Below are positions 1 to 11,517 of a stretch of DNA of 57,459 nucleotides, one piece after another (the stretch's first letter is position 1; each line of letters opens with the position of its first letter). A program made the translations under genes and the position numbers. The stretch covers positions 34,778,453 through 34,835,911 of the forward strand of contig NC_057720.1 of the NCBI RefSeq assembly GCF_004010195.1. The letters run 5' to 3'. The stretch is from Chiloscyllium plagiosum (lineage: Eukaryota). The notes beneath the pieces are model-generated. The model made no database searches. It worked only from the letters and a program-made list of their open reading frames with translations, and was not told where the DNA came from.

Positions 1-452
1 CATTTATGCACCACCCTCTGTGTGAAAAAGTTACCTATCAGTTCCCTTTTAAATCTTTCTTCTCTCACTTGAACCTATGCCCTGTAGTTGTGGAATCCCC
101 TACCCCCAAAAAAGATTTTGACTATTCACTTTATGCCCTCGTGATTTTATAAAACTCTATAAGCTCGCACCCCCCCCCTCCCGCCAACCTCCAACGCTCC
201 AAGGAAAAATGTCCCAGGCTATCCAGCCTCTCCTTATAACCTAAACCCTCCAGTCATGGCAACATATTTGTAAATTTTTTCTGTCCTCTTTCTAGTTTAA
301 CAACATCCTTCCTATTGCAAGGCAACCAGAATTCTACAAAATATTCCAAAAGGGTCCTCACCAACATCCTGTACAGCCGCAACATGACATCTTAACTCCT
401 GTACTCAGTGCTTTGACTAATGAAGGCAAGTGTGCCAAATGCCTTCTTCATA
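1..452 (-). mobile_element. CR1 (HER1-like) LINE fragment, RT C-terminal region
   Basis: Reverse complement is homologous to the CR1 ORF2 C-terminal region seen at about 42.8-43.2 kb and 50.2-50.7 kb; contains frameshifts and stops. Confidence 0.85.
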
Positions 453-842
453 GTGTCTTCCCTCTTACTACCGTTAAAGTCATGTGATCAGTTACATCAT
501 TAGGATTTACAGGAATCTCATTATACCACTAATACTATTTACTGCAAAGAGATTTATGAGTAACATGTAATATATAATTTGGACAACACTGCTATTTAAT
601 CTAGTTCAGTCATACACAGGAAAGCCAACTGTGCCAACTTGGTAGTACTTCTTCTAAATAACTGACTGCATCAAGAGTCTGCTATTATTTTCTGATGTTT
701 CTTGAGTCTATGATATCTGTCATTTGGATTTTGAAGATTTATTTGTTGTTGAAAGATAATAGAATAATTCTTCAAAGCCTGTGAAATCTATAGTATTTCC
801 TGATCTGTCAATCAGGAAGAGTTGTCACATAGCAACATAATT

Positions 843-980
843 ATAGTCATAGAGTCATAGAGATGTACAGCATGGAAACAGACCCTTCGGTCCAACCCAT
901 CCATGCCGGTCAGATATGGCCCATATTCCTCCAAACCCTTCCTATTCATATACCCATCCAACTGCCTCTTAAATGTTGCA
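843..980 (-). mobile_element. CR1 3' tail fragment with internal deletion
   Basis: GTCATAGAGTCATAGAGATGTACAGCATGGAAACAGACCC is the reverse complement of the CR1 3' terminus with its (CTATGACT)n tail, the same as at 43380-43424. Confidence 0.9.
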
Positions 981-2087
981 TATTTTCTCTTGAGTTCAGG
1001 GAACTTTTGTCTGAGGTCTAAGAAGGCTTCCTCCTGTTATATCAAGACGTGCTGATCACTGCTGCGTGGCTTCTAAGCTCTTCAATCTCATAAAAATATT
1101 TAAGAGCAAGAAGTGCTTTTCTCTCATTATTGAGAAGTGTTAGTTTTCAATCACCTCTTCCACATTGTTTTAGTCACTGTATTTTAAGACTTTGTTTAGT
1201 ATTTCTTTGATTTTGAATGGTGTTCTACCTGCACCATACAATTCTCTGTCTGAATGTTGTCGTTTCATTCTTTTCAACATAGGGGTGCTTTCAGATAATA
1301 CAATAACACTTTTTCAGTGTCAAGTTTGAGTGAGCTGTATGACCATTAACCGATTTCTTCCTGTCATGTCTTGTTCAGATGAGTTACCCAGTCTCTGTAG
1401 GAATGTTTGGGTTGCATCTTTGAGAGTTTATTTATCATCTTATAGGGATATATGTTATAATGGAGGCATGTCTTGGTAGTCTGAGATTTGTTTCCAAAAG
1501 ATGCTTGCTGAAAAGTGAATCTGTTTGCGCAAGTAAGCATTATCAGTTTTGTGGCTCAAACGTTGTTTTGACTTTTATGCATTCTCTGGAATTGTTCCAC
1601 TTTCTGACAATAGACACATTGGTATGATAAAGCTGGACATTGTTTCTGTTTGTTTGATTTTTTTAACTGCACATCTAGAGCAGTAACATCAATGGTTTTG
1701 AAGATTCTTTTTGTTTTGACTATCATACAATGCTTTTGTATTTTAATACCCTAGAAAATTGATGACATTTGCTGATATTCTTGAGCTAGATGACTTTCTG
1801 TTCCTGTCACGCTCTTGAGCTGTTTTCAGATTTCAGCTTCTACCACCATTGGATCGCTTACTTCAGTCTGAGACCTTTTTGATTGCAATATCTCTGAAAG
1901 TAATGAAAGTCGTGAATTAGTTAGAATTTCCCAAAATCACAAAATTCTGACAAATGTATAAAGATCATGAATAAAGTTGACAACAGATTCTCCTGGAAGC
2001 TGTTTCTTCTTTAAATCTTATTCTCAACATTATATTTTTAATGCTTGAAGTAATTGTCAAATGCTCTTCATTGATTTTCCAAAGTAT
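981..2087 (-). pseudogene. Decayed Gypsy/Ty3 LTR-retrotransposon gag-protease fossil
   Basis: Manual minus-strand translation across frameshifts gives, in gag-pro order: AFDNYFK, QLPGESVVNFIHDLY, EFCDFG, LLSEILQ; zinc-knuckle-like CSRC...QCPALSYQCVYCQKVEQF; protease-like VNGH..KLDTE.SVIVLSE...LYGAG; then QKFPEL. Confidence 0.7.
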
Positions 2088-4569
2088 CATATTTAAAATG
2101 CAGTTTTGTATCAGCTCGAGTGCTTTCAGTCTGTAGGTGCCCTGATGGTTCCTGCCACAGAGATAGCCAACAAAGGTACGTTTGTTCCCCACTCCCAGCA
2201 GAATCTGACAGCTCCCACAGGATAGGGTGGTGCAGAGGAAGGTCATTCCCTTTCTTCAGGACCACGAGAGGACACCACAGCATCAGACCCTGCCAGCCTG
2301 GCCTGAGGTCAGTGCAATTTCTACAGACCAGAGAAACACTTAGCAATGCCTTAAGAAGGTTAATAAATAACCTTCTGTACTCCATCAGAATAAATGCTAC
2401 CATCTTCTGTCTGCTACCTCACACTGACTTTACTGCTGCACCCACCATCCACTCTCAATATTACAGGCAGCATATTTCCTCCCTTGCTGTCATTCACTTC
2501 ACTTCCCCCACATTACTAACCTGGCATGCTCACTGTGCTGCCTACTCACTAACTCAGGGTACCTCACCACCTTTCCTCTACCTGTACTAGCACTAACAAT
2601 TGTGCCAGCCACTTTCATCCCACTCAGCTCTTCTCTCCATCTCATTCTTGGAGCAAATAGTCTACAGTGGGGTGGAGAGAGGCAAGGTAGGTGATGGGGT
2701 ACTTGACATCAATCTTGTTGCCTCCAATGAGGAAAAATCCTTGCTTTAGCAGAGAGGATAAAGACCATTCATGAGTTGATCTTAAACCTCCATGTCCAAG
2801 TTACTAAGTAAGAATCATTGTCCATTGCTGTTTTGCTCTCCCAGTACCATCATTGTGAAAGTGCACTTAACATGATCAAACAGCTACCTCTTTTATGCCT
2901 TCTCTTTTATTATTCTCCCTTCTCTCTTGGCAGTTAGCAGTTGCATCTGCATTATCTCCATCTTCAAGAGAGTGACCCCACTAGACATTGTCTCCTCAAT
3001 CTCAGAGAAGGAACCACAAATCCTTCAGAGGATGCACTGGCAAGGCAACCTCCTGCACCCTGACCAGCTCTGATACTGACACTGCAGTGACTGCATTGGA
3101 ATGTGTCTAGTCGGCACATCATTGCCATATCTCTGGGGGTCGTCAAGGAAGGAATGTCCCAGGTTACTGGCACTCAAAGGACTCCAGAGACCAGGTGTCT
3201 GCTTAGCCACACACAGGAGATGACCCCATGGTGTACAGCATTTAGAGGTATATACCCACTGACACTCAAGCAACTGACTGACCCCTAAGTTGATACCACA
3301 TGATACTGTTGGTTTATTATGCTGGTACTCCCTGACTGAAGGCTATCATCCTTCACCTGACTGATTATGTCTCTTAGATTTTTTTTAGATTAGATTAGAT
3401 TACTTACAGTGTAGAAACAGGCCCTTCGGCCCAACAAGTCCACACCGACCCGCCGAAGCGCAACCCACCATACCCCTACATTTACCCCTTACCTAACTCT
3501 ATGGGCAATTTAGCATGGCCAATTCACCTGACCTACACATTTTTGGATTGTGGGAGGAAACCGGAGCACCCGGAGGAAACCCACGCAGACACGGGGAGAA
3601 CGTGCAAACTCCACACCGTCAGTCTCCTGAGGCGGGAATTGAACCCGGGTCTCCGGTGCTGTGAGGCAGCAGTGCTAACCACTGTGCCACCGTGCCGCCC
3701 ATAAACCTCCATGTTTTGATGCATGGCTATTTCATTAAAGCACAAGTAATGTATTTGCTGCATAAACTGCTGGCACGTGGTATTGGTGTAACATTGACAT
3801 AGCATGGTGATATACAACAACACACCCACTCCCTTGACTGATTACTGCTGATGAAAAAATGTTTTGCTTTGTGTCTATGCTGAAAGCTAAGTTCTGAACG
3901 AGCCAGCGAAGTACAAAAATTATGGCAAAGCAGAGATGATACGACCACCCAAGTAGATGCAAAATGAGTGAGCACTAAGAGAACAAGCAAAGAGCACTCA
4001 GATGCAAAACTGCTCCAGTTGGCAACTTGGGCACAAACTGGTTTGTCAGCATCATGACAAGTGCCAATACTTTCCAAGTGAGCCATTGAAGTGGAGATCT
4101 GTAGTTTTGGATTGGAGATGTGCCCATGAGGATGCAGAAAGGCCGATATCTCTCTGACGCCAATGTATTTGGATGGGGTGGGGTGCAGGTGGTTGCTGCC
4201 CAAGGAGTGTGTCCTGAGATGTTGGTAACTGCTATCCAAGATTGAAGGCCTAGATGAGCAGAAGGTGAGCTGGAATCTCAAGTAATTACTCTGACTTTCA
4301 TGATGGGAATTGTCACTGCCTAGTTTATTTTGAGCAGGTAGGAGAATAGGAAAATGCATATCAACAAGACGACTAATAGCATGTGAACATATATGCAGAT
4401 AGAACACCTATTGCTCACTGCTGAAATTTTTATCAAACTGTTCAAAACCTGGTTTCAGATTTGGATTTCTGCTATTAACTTTCATGGTCTTACTTCTGCC
4501 AACCTCACCATATTTTCCTCAACAATACATCATTGCCCAGGTTGGTTCACAGGCTGTGAAGATTCTGCC
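2088..4569 (+). mobile_element. PIF/Harbinger-derived fossil, copy 1 (Myb/SANT gene remnant with exon-intron structure)
   Basis: About 2225-2389 reads RVVQRKVIPFLQDHERTPQHQTLPAWPEVSAISTDQRNT*QCLKKVN, homologous to ORF 31539-31856(-). About 2650-2750 and 2934-3180 are homologous to 30445-30970. The right boundary at GTGAAGATTCTGCC is only a tentative TIR. An HE1 SINE is nested inside. Confidence 0.65.
3385..3700 (-). mobile_element. HE1-type tRNA-derived SINE, full length, young
   Basis: Minus strand starts GGGCGGCACGGTGGCACAGTGGTTAGCACTGCTGCCTCACAGC (A box) with GGTTCAATTCCC (B box), and ends in a CR1-like 3' end and (AATCT)n tail. Confidence 0.92.
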
Positions 4570-4579
4570 AATAAGATAT

Positions 4580-4746
4580 TATAAGGTAGATGTGGATAGA
4601 GTTGTGGAAGCAAAGAGGATGGTTATCAGGGGTAGGTGGAAATGTAGAGTTGAGGTTATAATCAGGTCAGTAATGATCTTATAAAATGGCAGAACAGAAT
4701 TGAAAGGCTAAATGATCTACTCCTGCTCTTACTTGATATGTTTGTA
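4580..4746 (+). mobile_element. Old CR1 3' end fragment
   Basis: Degenerate match to the CR1 3' terminus (ATGATCTT..AATGGCAGAACAG..TTGAAAGGCTAAATGATCTACTCCTGCTC). Confidence 0.65.
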
Positions 4747-4837
4747 CTAAACATTGACTCAGATTTCAGCCATCTTTAGATTCTAAGCCTAGAATTCTTT
4801 CTTTAATGTAAAAACTATTTCCCTTCCTCTAAGGGAC

Positions 4838-5143
4838 TTGATTAGATTAGATTCCCTACAGTGCAGAAACAGGCCCTTCGGCCCAACCAGTTCACACTGA
4901 CCCTCCGAAGAGTAACCCACCCAGATCCATTTCCCTCTGACTAATGCACCAAGCACTATGGGAAATTTATCATGGCCAATTCACCTAACCTGCACATCTT
5001 TGGACTGTGAGAGGAAACTGGAGCACCCGAAAGAAACCCACACAGACACAGGGAGAATGTGCAAACTCCATACAGAGAGTCACCTGAGGCTAGAATTGAA
5101 CCTGGGACCCTGGTGCCAAGAGGCAGCAGTGCTAACCACTGAG
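4838..5143 (-). mobile_element. HE1-type SINE
   Basis: Homologous to 3385-3700; has the (AATCT)n tail; extreme 5' end is missing. Confidence 0.9.
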
Positions 5144-5361
5144 ACTTAACTTTCTTTGGGTGTCACATTATGCAGTGTTGTAGTTTCAATTTTTACCCTT
5201 GCATTTTTAATGTGATTCTTTATGATTAAGATTTTTCAGTATGTTTCACTATTTCTATTGTTTAGAGCTTCTGCAGGCAGAGTTAACATTACTATTGCCT
5301 CTGTAGAATTTTTCACTACAGGCTGCTGCTTTTACAGAAGTTGATTATCTCTGCGCTCTTT

Positions 5362-5775
5362 TCTTTCCCTTGTCGGATATGGGTGTCACTGGCTGGGAAG
5401 CATTTATTGCCCATCCATAACTGCCCTTGAGAAGGTGGTAGTGAGCTACCATCTGAATCACTGCAAGCTATGAGCTGTAGGTTGACCCACAATGCCCCCA
5501 ATTCCATCGTACTCCTGCCATGTGCTTTGTAGTTGGTGAACAAGATTTGGGGAGTCAGGAGGTAAATTCCTTGCCACAGTATTCCTAACCTCTGACCTGA
5601 TCTTGTGGTTAATGTATTTATGTGATGAGTCCAGTTCCGTTTCTGGTCAATAGTAACTCCCAGAATGTTGATTGTCTGGGATTCAGTGATGGTAATACCA
5701 TTGAATGTCATGGGGTAGCGGTTAGATTCCCTTATTGGAGATGGTCATTGCCTGGCATTGCCTGCAAATGTTACT
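5362..5775 (-). mobile_element. CR1/L2-clade LINE family B, 3' fragment with internal deletion
   Basis: ORF 5316-5711 (INILGVTIDQKRNWTHHI...QRLGIL...NYKAHGRSTME) matches a non-LTR RT C-terminal region; its 3' UTR is shared with 8930-9383, 13340-13625 and 41118-41665. Confidence 0.8.
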
Positions 5776-7377
5776 GTGTGGTCTAAAGCTGCTGATCCAA
5801 TCACATTTTATATTACTCGCTCATTTTTTTCTTACTTTTTCAGCTCAGTTGACTGTGACTTTTGTAGAGCTCAAGATTTCTGCAGAAGGCTCCCACTTGA
5901 GACAAAGGTGCCCACCTGCTACTATTACGGTGCAGGTTAGTTTGTGTCCACTGGAACCATCCCAGATATATTGTGTCACTTCATTGCCGCCAGTCCTTCT
6001 TATGGGTATTTGTTTAAGTTACTAATACCAAGTGTTTTGCGAAAAGTGAAGCTCAGACTTGTTGAACTCAATAGTGATGTGACAGTTAACTTGTTGCATT
6101 ACATCTGAGTTACATGATAGCCTCTTGTGGGATCTCAGGTTAGGCTGAAGAGTATAAATACACATTATTGTTTAACTACATCAAACTTAGTATTTAGAAC
6201 TTAGCTCCTCTCAATCACAATCCTTTATATCCTGATGTATGGAACTTATCTAGTAGTGTCAGTTTAACCTTTCAGGTACTGCCTTAAAAAAAAATCAATC
6301 AGAAATCAGGCATTTCATCTTAACATTAAAAAAAAGTGGAAGCTACCTGGTAGTTCAATTGTGATTACCACTCCTCCGAAGTTTCAGACCATTAACTCAA
6401 TTGCTTTGTTCACATAAGCTGAGTAATTCCAACATTTTCTGTTTTTGTATTATTTGAAATCTCTCATCTTGCTAAAGCTTAGTCATACTTAAAAAAGAAA
6501 AAAAAATGTTGAATCATTTGTGCTAAAATAAAAAAAACAATTTATGAGGACACTTGTTCTCCATTCGAATAGATAAATTTATCAGATTATTCAAAAATAC
6601 TGACCAACAGGAAAGTAAGTGGTGTCCTTACAAAAAGACACCACTTACTATCACAATAAACCATTGGTCTGAACAAGAAAATATAATCATACAAAAGCAC
6701 AGATAAATCAGCACTGAATACTAATCAGGATTTGACTTAGCATGATACCTAAAGCTTGCAACATGTTTGCCAATTCTCAATGACCTTGGGCATTTCATGT
6801 TGTTAGGAGTTACTTTGTTTTGCAATGATGTTTAATGCCTACATTCGGGAAATTGCTCTGTTTCTTACTCCAGAATGCGAAGCTTCTTTTTGGATTCATC
6901 ATACTCAGAGACCATTCATCCAGTGTCTCCGTTTAATCCACACCAAAGATTAGTAAGCGAAATAATTCCTGTTAAAAAAAACCTGCTTCAGACATTCTGT
7001 GAACATGTAAAGACTTGTTAACCATCCATTAACCATATACCAATAAAGGATTTAGTTAAGCTGTAGATTTGAATTTACACAGCATTGTTTGAGAGAAGAA
7101 TTTTGATGAATGACAAAAATAGCACAAAGCCATAAGATGGCACCTTGCTGCTCCTCGTAGGACAAGACGTTTATTTACTGAACAATGTGCTTTCCAGTTC
7201 AGACCAGTCCTAAGTTTGATCATGACTGTGTGGTGAATCAAGGTTTCGGGATTTCCAAAATGTTCCTGTTGAAAGTACACAAACGAATATTGGGTGATAT
7301 GCGAGTTGTTCTCCACTATGTTGTCCAGCTTTCACCAAAACAAGCATTCAGACAATATTCAAGTATTCGCTTATCCA

Positions 7378-7930
7378 TGCTGTTGCCTCTGAATTGGAAA
7401 GTTGTTGGCTCAAGCCTCCCTATGTACGTGAGCACTCCATCTTGTTTGCTACTTCAGTGGAGTTTTGACATTTTTTGCTCATTGAATGAGCTGGTTTTCA
7501 ATTGTAATGTTAAAATGAGACCAGAATATCCATTATCAAATGGATGTCCACGTTCTTACGGCACAATGAAAAGCAGGACACCACCCAGAGACCTAGTATC
7601 TGTTATTAACAAATACTCTTACTCTAAATTTTTATATCTTTTCTCCCTTTGCCTGTTGCTCTGGGGCACCTTTATCATCTGTTCCACTTGCTCCTCCTTC
7701 CCCATTTTTCTACAGCATAAAACCCATAAGTTTCAAGCCCCATAATGGACTCAAAACATTAACTTTATATCTCTAAGAACAGATAGAGCCAGCCCTGCTG
7801 GATTTCTTCAGCAGTTTCCGGATTTATTTCAATTACCTAGTTAACCTTTCTTTCCCCAATCAAAACCCCCAAAACAACATTTTGGTCTTTCTGTTATTTG
7901 AAAATGGTGTGCAAATTGGCTGCTGTGTTT
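7378..7930 (+). mobile_element. Old Deu-domain (SacSINE1/AmnSINE-related) SINE, interrupted
   Basis: Degenerate tRNA-like head TGTTGCCTCTGAATTGGAAAGTTGTTGGCTCAAG and 3' part GTGCAAATTGGCTGCTGTGTTT; homologous to 24945-25306(-). Family assignment is from recalled consensus. Confidence 0.55.
7640..7831 (+). mobile_element. Old Penelope-like pLTR fragment nested in the SINE
   Basis: GGACTCAAAACATTAACT...CAGATAGAGCCAGCCCTGCTGGATTTCTTCAGCAGTTTC resembles the pLTR tails at 28430-28560 and 33905-34030. Confidence 0.55.
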
Positions 7931-8929
7931 AGGTCATTAACACAGGTAATTGCACATCAACAGGAATCTGTTGGTAGTAATTAGTTTGCAACATACTAAG
8001 GACCTGATGTCTTTATAGATTTGTAAGTTGCTCTTTTCTTTCCTTTTCTCATTTTCAAGGCTGCACATTGGTAATGGGTACTTGAACAATGCACTTAAGG
8101 TCATGGAACCAGTGACCAATAGTGAATTGAACCTTTCTGAGAGTTAGAAAGCAGAGAGGAAAGAAAGGAAATTGGAAGAGCACAAAAGATGTGGTAAGGA
8201 GTAGAGAGGAAAAGAATAATGATTAAACATTTTCAATAATGTAAATGGTTTTGTACTAATCTTTCTTCTTGACATTGCCATCCTTATTACAATGATTTTA
8301 CCTTTTGCTTCAGTTTGCCTCCTCTAATTGCCAATTTAGAATTAATGTTGGGTTTCAGAGCTGTGGTCTTCCAGACGGTGTGAGGACTTTACACTTTCAA
8401 TCTGGAAAGCTGTCATAGCTGTTAAAAAAATCACCAGTGTATACATTGTAGTCTGTACTGATAGTGCCTACAATTGTCACTCACACCATGACAATGCTGC
8501 TACTACTTTTTAAATGAATATTAATGGAGTCTGGGGCATAATGCATTGAAGTTTCAACCCAGCTTGAAGCATGATACCTTTTCCTAGTGTCCAAACACAT
8601 GTTCCCTGTCCTTGCACAGTGAATCACTAATCTTAGTGATTGGGGATGGAGTGGGGTAATAAGGAAAACATCTTACCTGTCTCTTGATGCACAAGGTTCA
8701 TCTGCCATGATTTTAAAACAAATGCACAATCAAAATGTTGCTTACTTATATGCAGATTGACATGTTCTGAACATTGGTAACTTTCTCGTGTACAACTGCT
8801 TGCACGTGGCATTGTTCAAGTTTAAAGGACCATTGGAGGTTGTTCTAGAAAATTCTAAGGAGCTCTTCACCACCACCATAAAAGGCCTCAACTTCTGCAG
8901 CTTCCTTCAGTGAGTAACTCACCAAAGCT

Positions 8930-9383
8930 TGGGCACCATCTACAAACACAAGTCAGGACTATGATGGAACATTCCCTATTTGCCTGGTGAAGTGCAGCTC
9001 CAACAACACTGAACAGGCTTGATACCATTCAGCACTTAGCAGCTTGCTTGATTAATACCACATCTACAAACATTCACTACCTCCATTACTGACACACAGT
9101 ATCAGTAGTGTACCAGCTGCAAGAAGCGTGGCGGAAATTCACCAAGATTCCTTCAGTAGCACTTTTCAAACCCACCAACACTATAATCTAGAAGAACTAT
9201 CACTGTATCTGGGTCAAAATTCTGAAAATTCTAACGTAACAGCATTGTGAGTGTATGACATGAAGTGGACTGCAGCAGTTCAGGAGGACAGCTCATGATC
9301 ACCTTCTCAAGGGCAATTAGGGTTGGGCATTAAATACTGGCCCAGCTAGTAAAGCCTAAACCTCCTGAATGAACATCAAAAAC
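8930..9383 (+). mobile_element. CR1/L2-clade LINE family B, 3' end
   Basis: Starts with a TIYK-QVR-MME-like RT tail and ends in the 3' UTR CCTTCTCAAGGGCAATTAGGGTTGGGCATTAAATACTGGCC, the reverse complement of 5362-5480. Confidence 0.8.
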
Positions 9384-9936
9384 ACTGTTAACAGGCAACA
9401 AAATTTCAGAGGCTCAGTTCCGAATGCAAAAATTGTGCCATAGTCTATATTGCACCCTTGAGGTTATGCCAGCATAACATTAAACTTGAAATTAGTTGTA
9501 AAATCTGAATAAACACAGCAGCCATTACAGCCTGTAAATTTCATTGAATATTTACACTTTTAGCAAATGTTAATTAAGCACATTTTCACTCAGAGTCTAT
9601 TTAACATTCACCAGAAATTTCAACTTACAATTAAATGTGTTATTTTCCTCTACAACATTAGATTAACCAGGTCCCATAGTTTTGTCCATTTAAAGAGGAT
9701 GGTGGGAGCAAAATTCACCATCAGCAGCAGCTCATACAGCACAGTGAGCCTGCATGTCTATACAATAGGAAGGACAATCAAATCACTGGATTACCCAAAA
9801 TCAAAGATGGCAGCAGAGCAGGACTCCTTTCCAGAGCTCATCCCCACTGACTGCTTTTCTTTTTTTCCTTCCTTTCTCACATTTGTTTTTTTTGTTCTTT
9901 GGTCTGTGGAGCTAGAGACTGTGGCAGCTGGAGTAT

Positions 9937-10124
9937 TGTAGTGATTGAATCTTGTTGACTATGAGATCCTTGATTGGGATTGTTAACTTGGGCTGACCAA
10001 TATAACCAGGAGATTAGAATCTCCTCAACTCAGGGGACTGACTCCGAGCTGCCTGGCCACAGCCTGTGTACTGTGCACAAGTAAAGGGTGACTTGGTGAC
10101 GGGATACCAGCCTCTGTTATTTCA
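9937..10124 (+). mobile_element. Short solo LTR
   Basis: TG...CA termini (TGTAG...TTTCA), flanked by AGTAT (9932-9936) and GGTAT (10125-10129), a 4/5 match 5-bp TSD. Has a TATAA-like motif and an AGTAAA polyA-like signal. Confidence 0.65.
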
Positions 10125-10678
10125 GGTATGTTGATGGTCAGTCACGAGGCCTCTGATCACATTCAGTGGCATCACGGCTACATCGATATGTGGAGTGGTG
10201 CCAGCATGGCACTCTGCAACAAAGCAGCTAGCATGGCAACAGAGCATGGCTGTGGTGGCTGGGGCCCAGTAGGGCCCTGGATGATGGCAGCAGTGGCTGG
10301 CAGTGAAGAATGGCAGCAGCAGCGGTCAGCAATGAGGAGGCGGTGGTTAGCTGTGAAAGGTGGCAGCAGCAGCAGTTAAGCATGAAGGATGGTGGCAGTG
10401 GCAGTCAGCAGCGAGGCGAAGGTTGGGGCTGAAGCTTTGCAAGCAGCAATGAGGCCTGCTGTGCCCAATGGAGGGGGCAGCAGCGGAGAACAGCAAGGGC
10501 CAGCTGGCAAACACAGGCGGGTCCTAGCCCGGCGCAGTGAGAGTGAGCCTTCTTGGGGCAAGCCCAGCTTGGAGCTTCTGCAGGCTCATGGCTTCAGAAA
10601 GGACTGTTACGTTTGACTTTTAAACTTTATTTCTTTATTTTCCCCTTTATACTGAGAAGACTGTCATGCTGAAGTTTT

Positions 10679-11343
10679 AGGTAAAAACAAGGACTGCAGA
10701 TGCTGGAAACCAGATTCTGGATTAGTGGTGCTGGAAAAGCACAGCAGTTCAGACAGCATCCGAGGAACAGGAAAATCGACGTTTCAGGCTGTTGAAGTCC
10801 ACATTGATGCCCTGGGGTTGAAGTGTTTCGAGGCGGAAGATGAGACGTTCTTCCTCCAGGCGTCGGGTGGTGAGGGAGTGGTGGTGAAAGAGGCCCAGGA
10901 CCTCCAAGTCCTCGGCTGTGTGGGAGGGGGAGTTGAAATGTAGGGCCACAGGGCGGTGTGGTTGATTGGGGCAGGTGTCCCGGGGATGTTCCCTAAAGCG
11001 CTCTGCTAGGAGGCGCCCAGTCTCCCCAATGTAAAGGAGACCGCATCGGGAGCAACAGATACAATAAATGATATTGGTGGATGTGCAGATAAAACTTTGA
11101 TGGATGTGGAAGGCTCCTTTGGGGCCTTGGATGGAGGTGAGGGAGAAAGTGTGGGCTCAGGTTTTGCAATTCCTGCGGTGGCAGGGGAAGGTGCCAGGAC
11201 AGGACGGTGGGTTGTTGGGGGGCGTGGACCTGACCAGGTAGTCACAGAGGGAACTGTCTTTGCGGAAGGTGGAAAGGAGAGGGGAGGGAAATATATCCCT
11301 GGTGGTGGGGTCCATTTGGAGGTGGCGGAAATGTCGTTGGATG
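10679..11343 (-). mobile_element. Penelope-like retroelement 3' fragment (GIY-YIG endonuclease C-terminal region plus pLTR)
   Basis: Reverse complement of 43749-44506. ORF 10749-10949 (HFNSPSHTAEDLEVLGL...RRLEEERLIFRLETLQPQGINVDF) matches the PLE endonuclease C-terminus. An internal deletion removes most of the ribozyme motif. Confidence 0.9.
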
Positions 11344-11517
11344 ATTTTTTACCTTTCTTCTTTATTTTTCTACTTCTGTAACTAGGATTTTGTACCTGGA
11401 TACTTTGTATCTAATATGGTGGTGTATGTGGCAACATTATATACTTTGCACTCTATTCTTGTACCCCATACTTGAGTACATGTGACAATAAAAACTAAAT
11501 CTAAAACTTAAAAAAAT

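Larger units (their letters stand above)
9802..11512 (+). mobile_element. Non-autonomous bipartite element with CAAAGATGGC 5' end and Rex1/Babar-type 3' tail; hosts a solo LTR and a Penelope insertion
   Basis: Starts CAAAGATGGC, has a GC-rich body, and ends GTACATGTGACAATAAA + (CTAAA)n like the Rex1 tail at 38680-38708. Its 3' region is similar to 19560-19640. Possible AAAAT duplication at 9797-9801 and 11513-11517. Confidence 0.6.

Noticed and set aside
3620..3700. tRNA-like A/B boxes as a tRNA gene
   Set aside because: They are SINE heads continuous with the HE1 body and tail, and are repeated five times in the window.
3727..4407. 226-aa minus-strand ORF
   Set aside because: No domain signature; it lies inside the putative Harbinger fossil and is probably a chance ORF.
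5844..5935. Plus-strand exon-like segment (TTTTTCAG acceptor, CAG|GTTAGT donor) open in two frames
   Set aside because: Neither translation (QLTVTFVELKISAEG... or SVDCDFCRAQDFC...) resembles a protein I recognise, and no consistent exon chain could be built. RNA-seq or tblastx is needed.
6869..6968. Segment with splice-like boundaries on both strands (minus: MVSEYDESKKKLRIL then GTAAGA)
   Set aside because: All three minus frames contain stops and no product is recognisable. It could be a UTR or lncRNA exon, but this cannot be supported from sequence alone.
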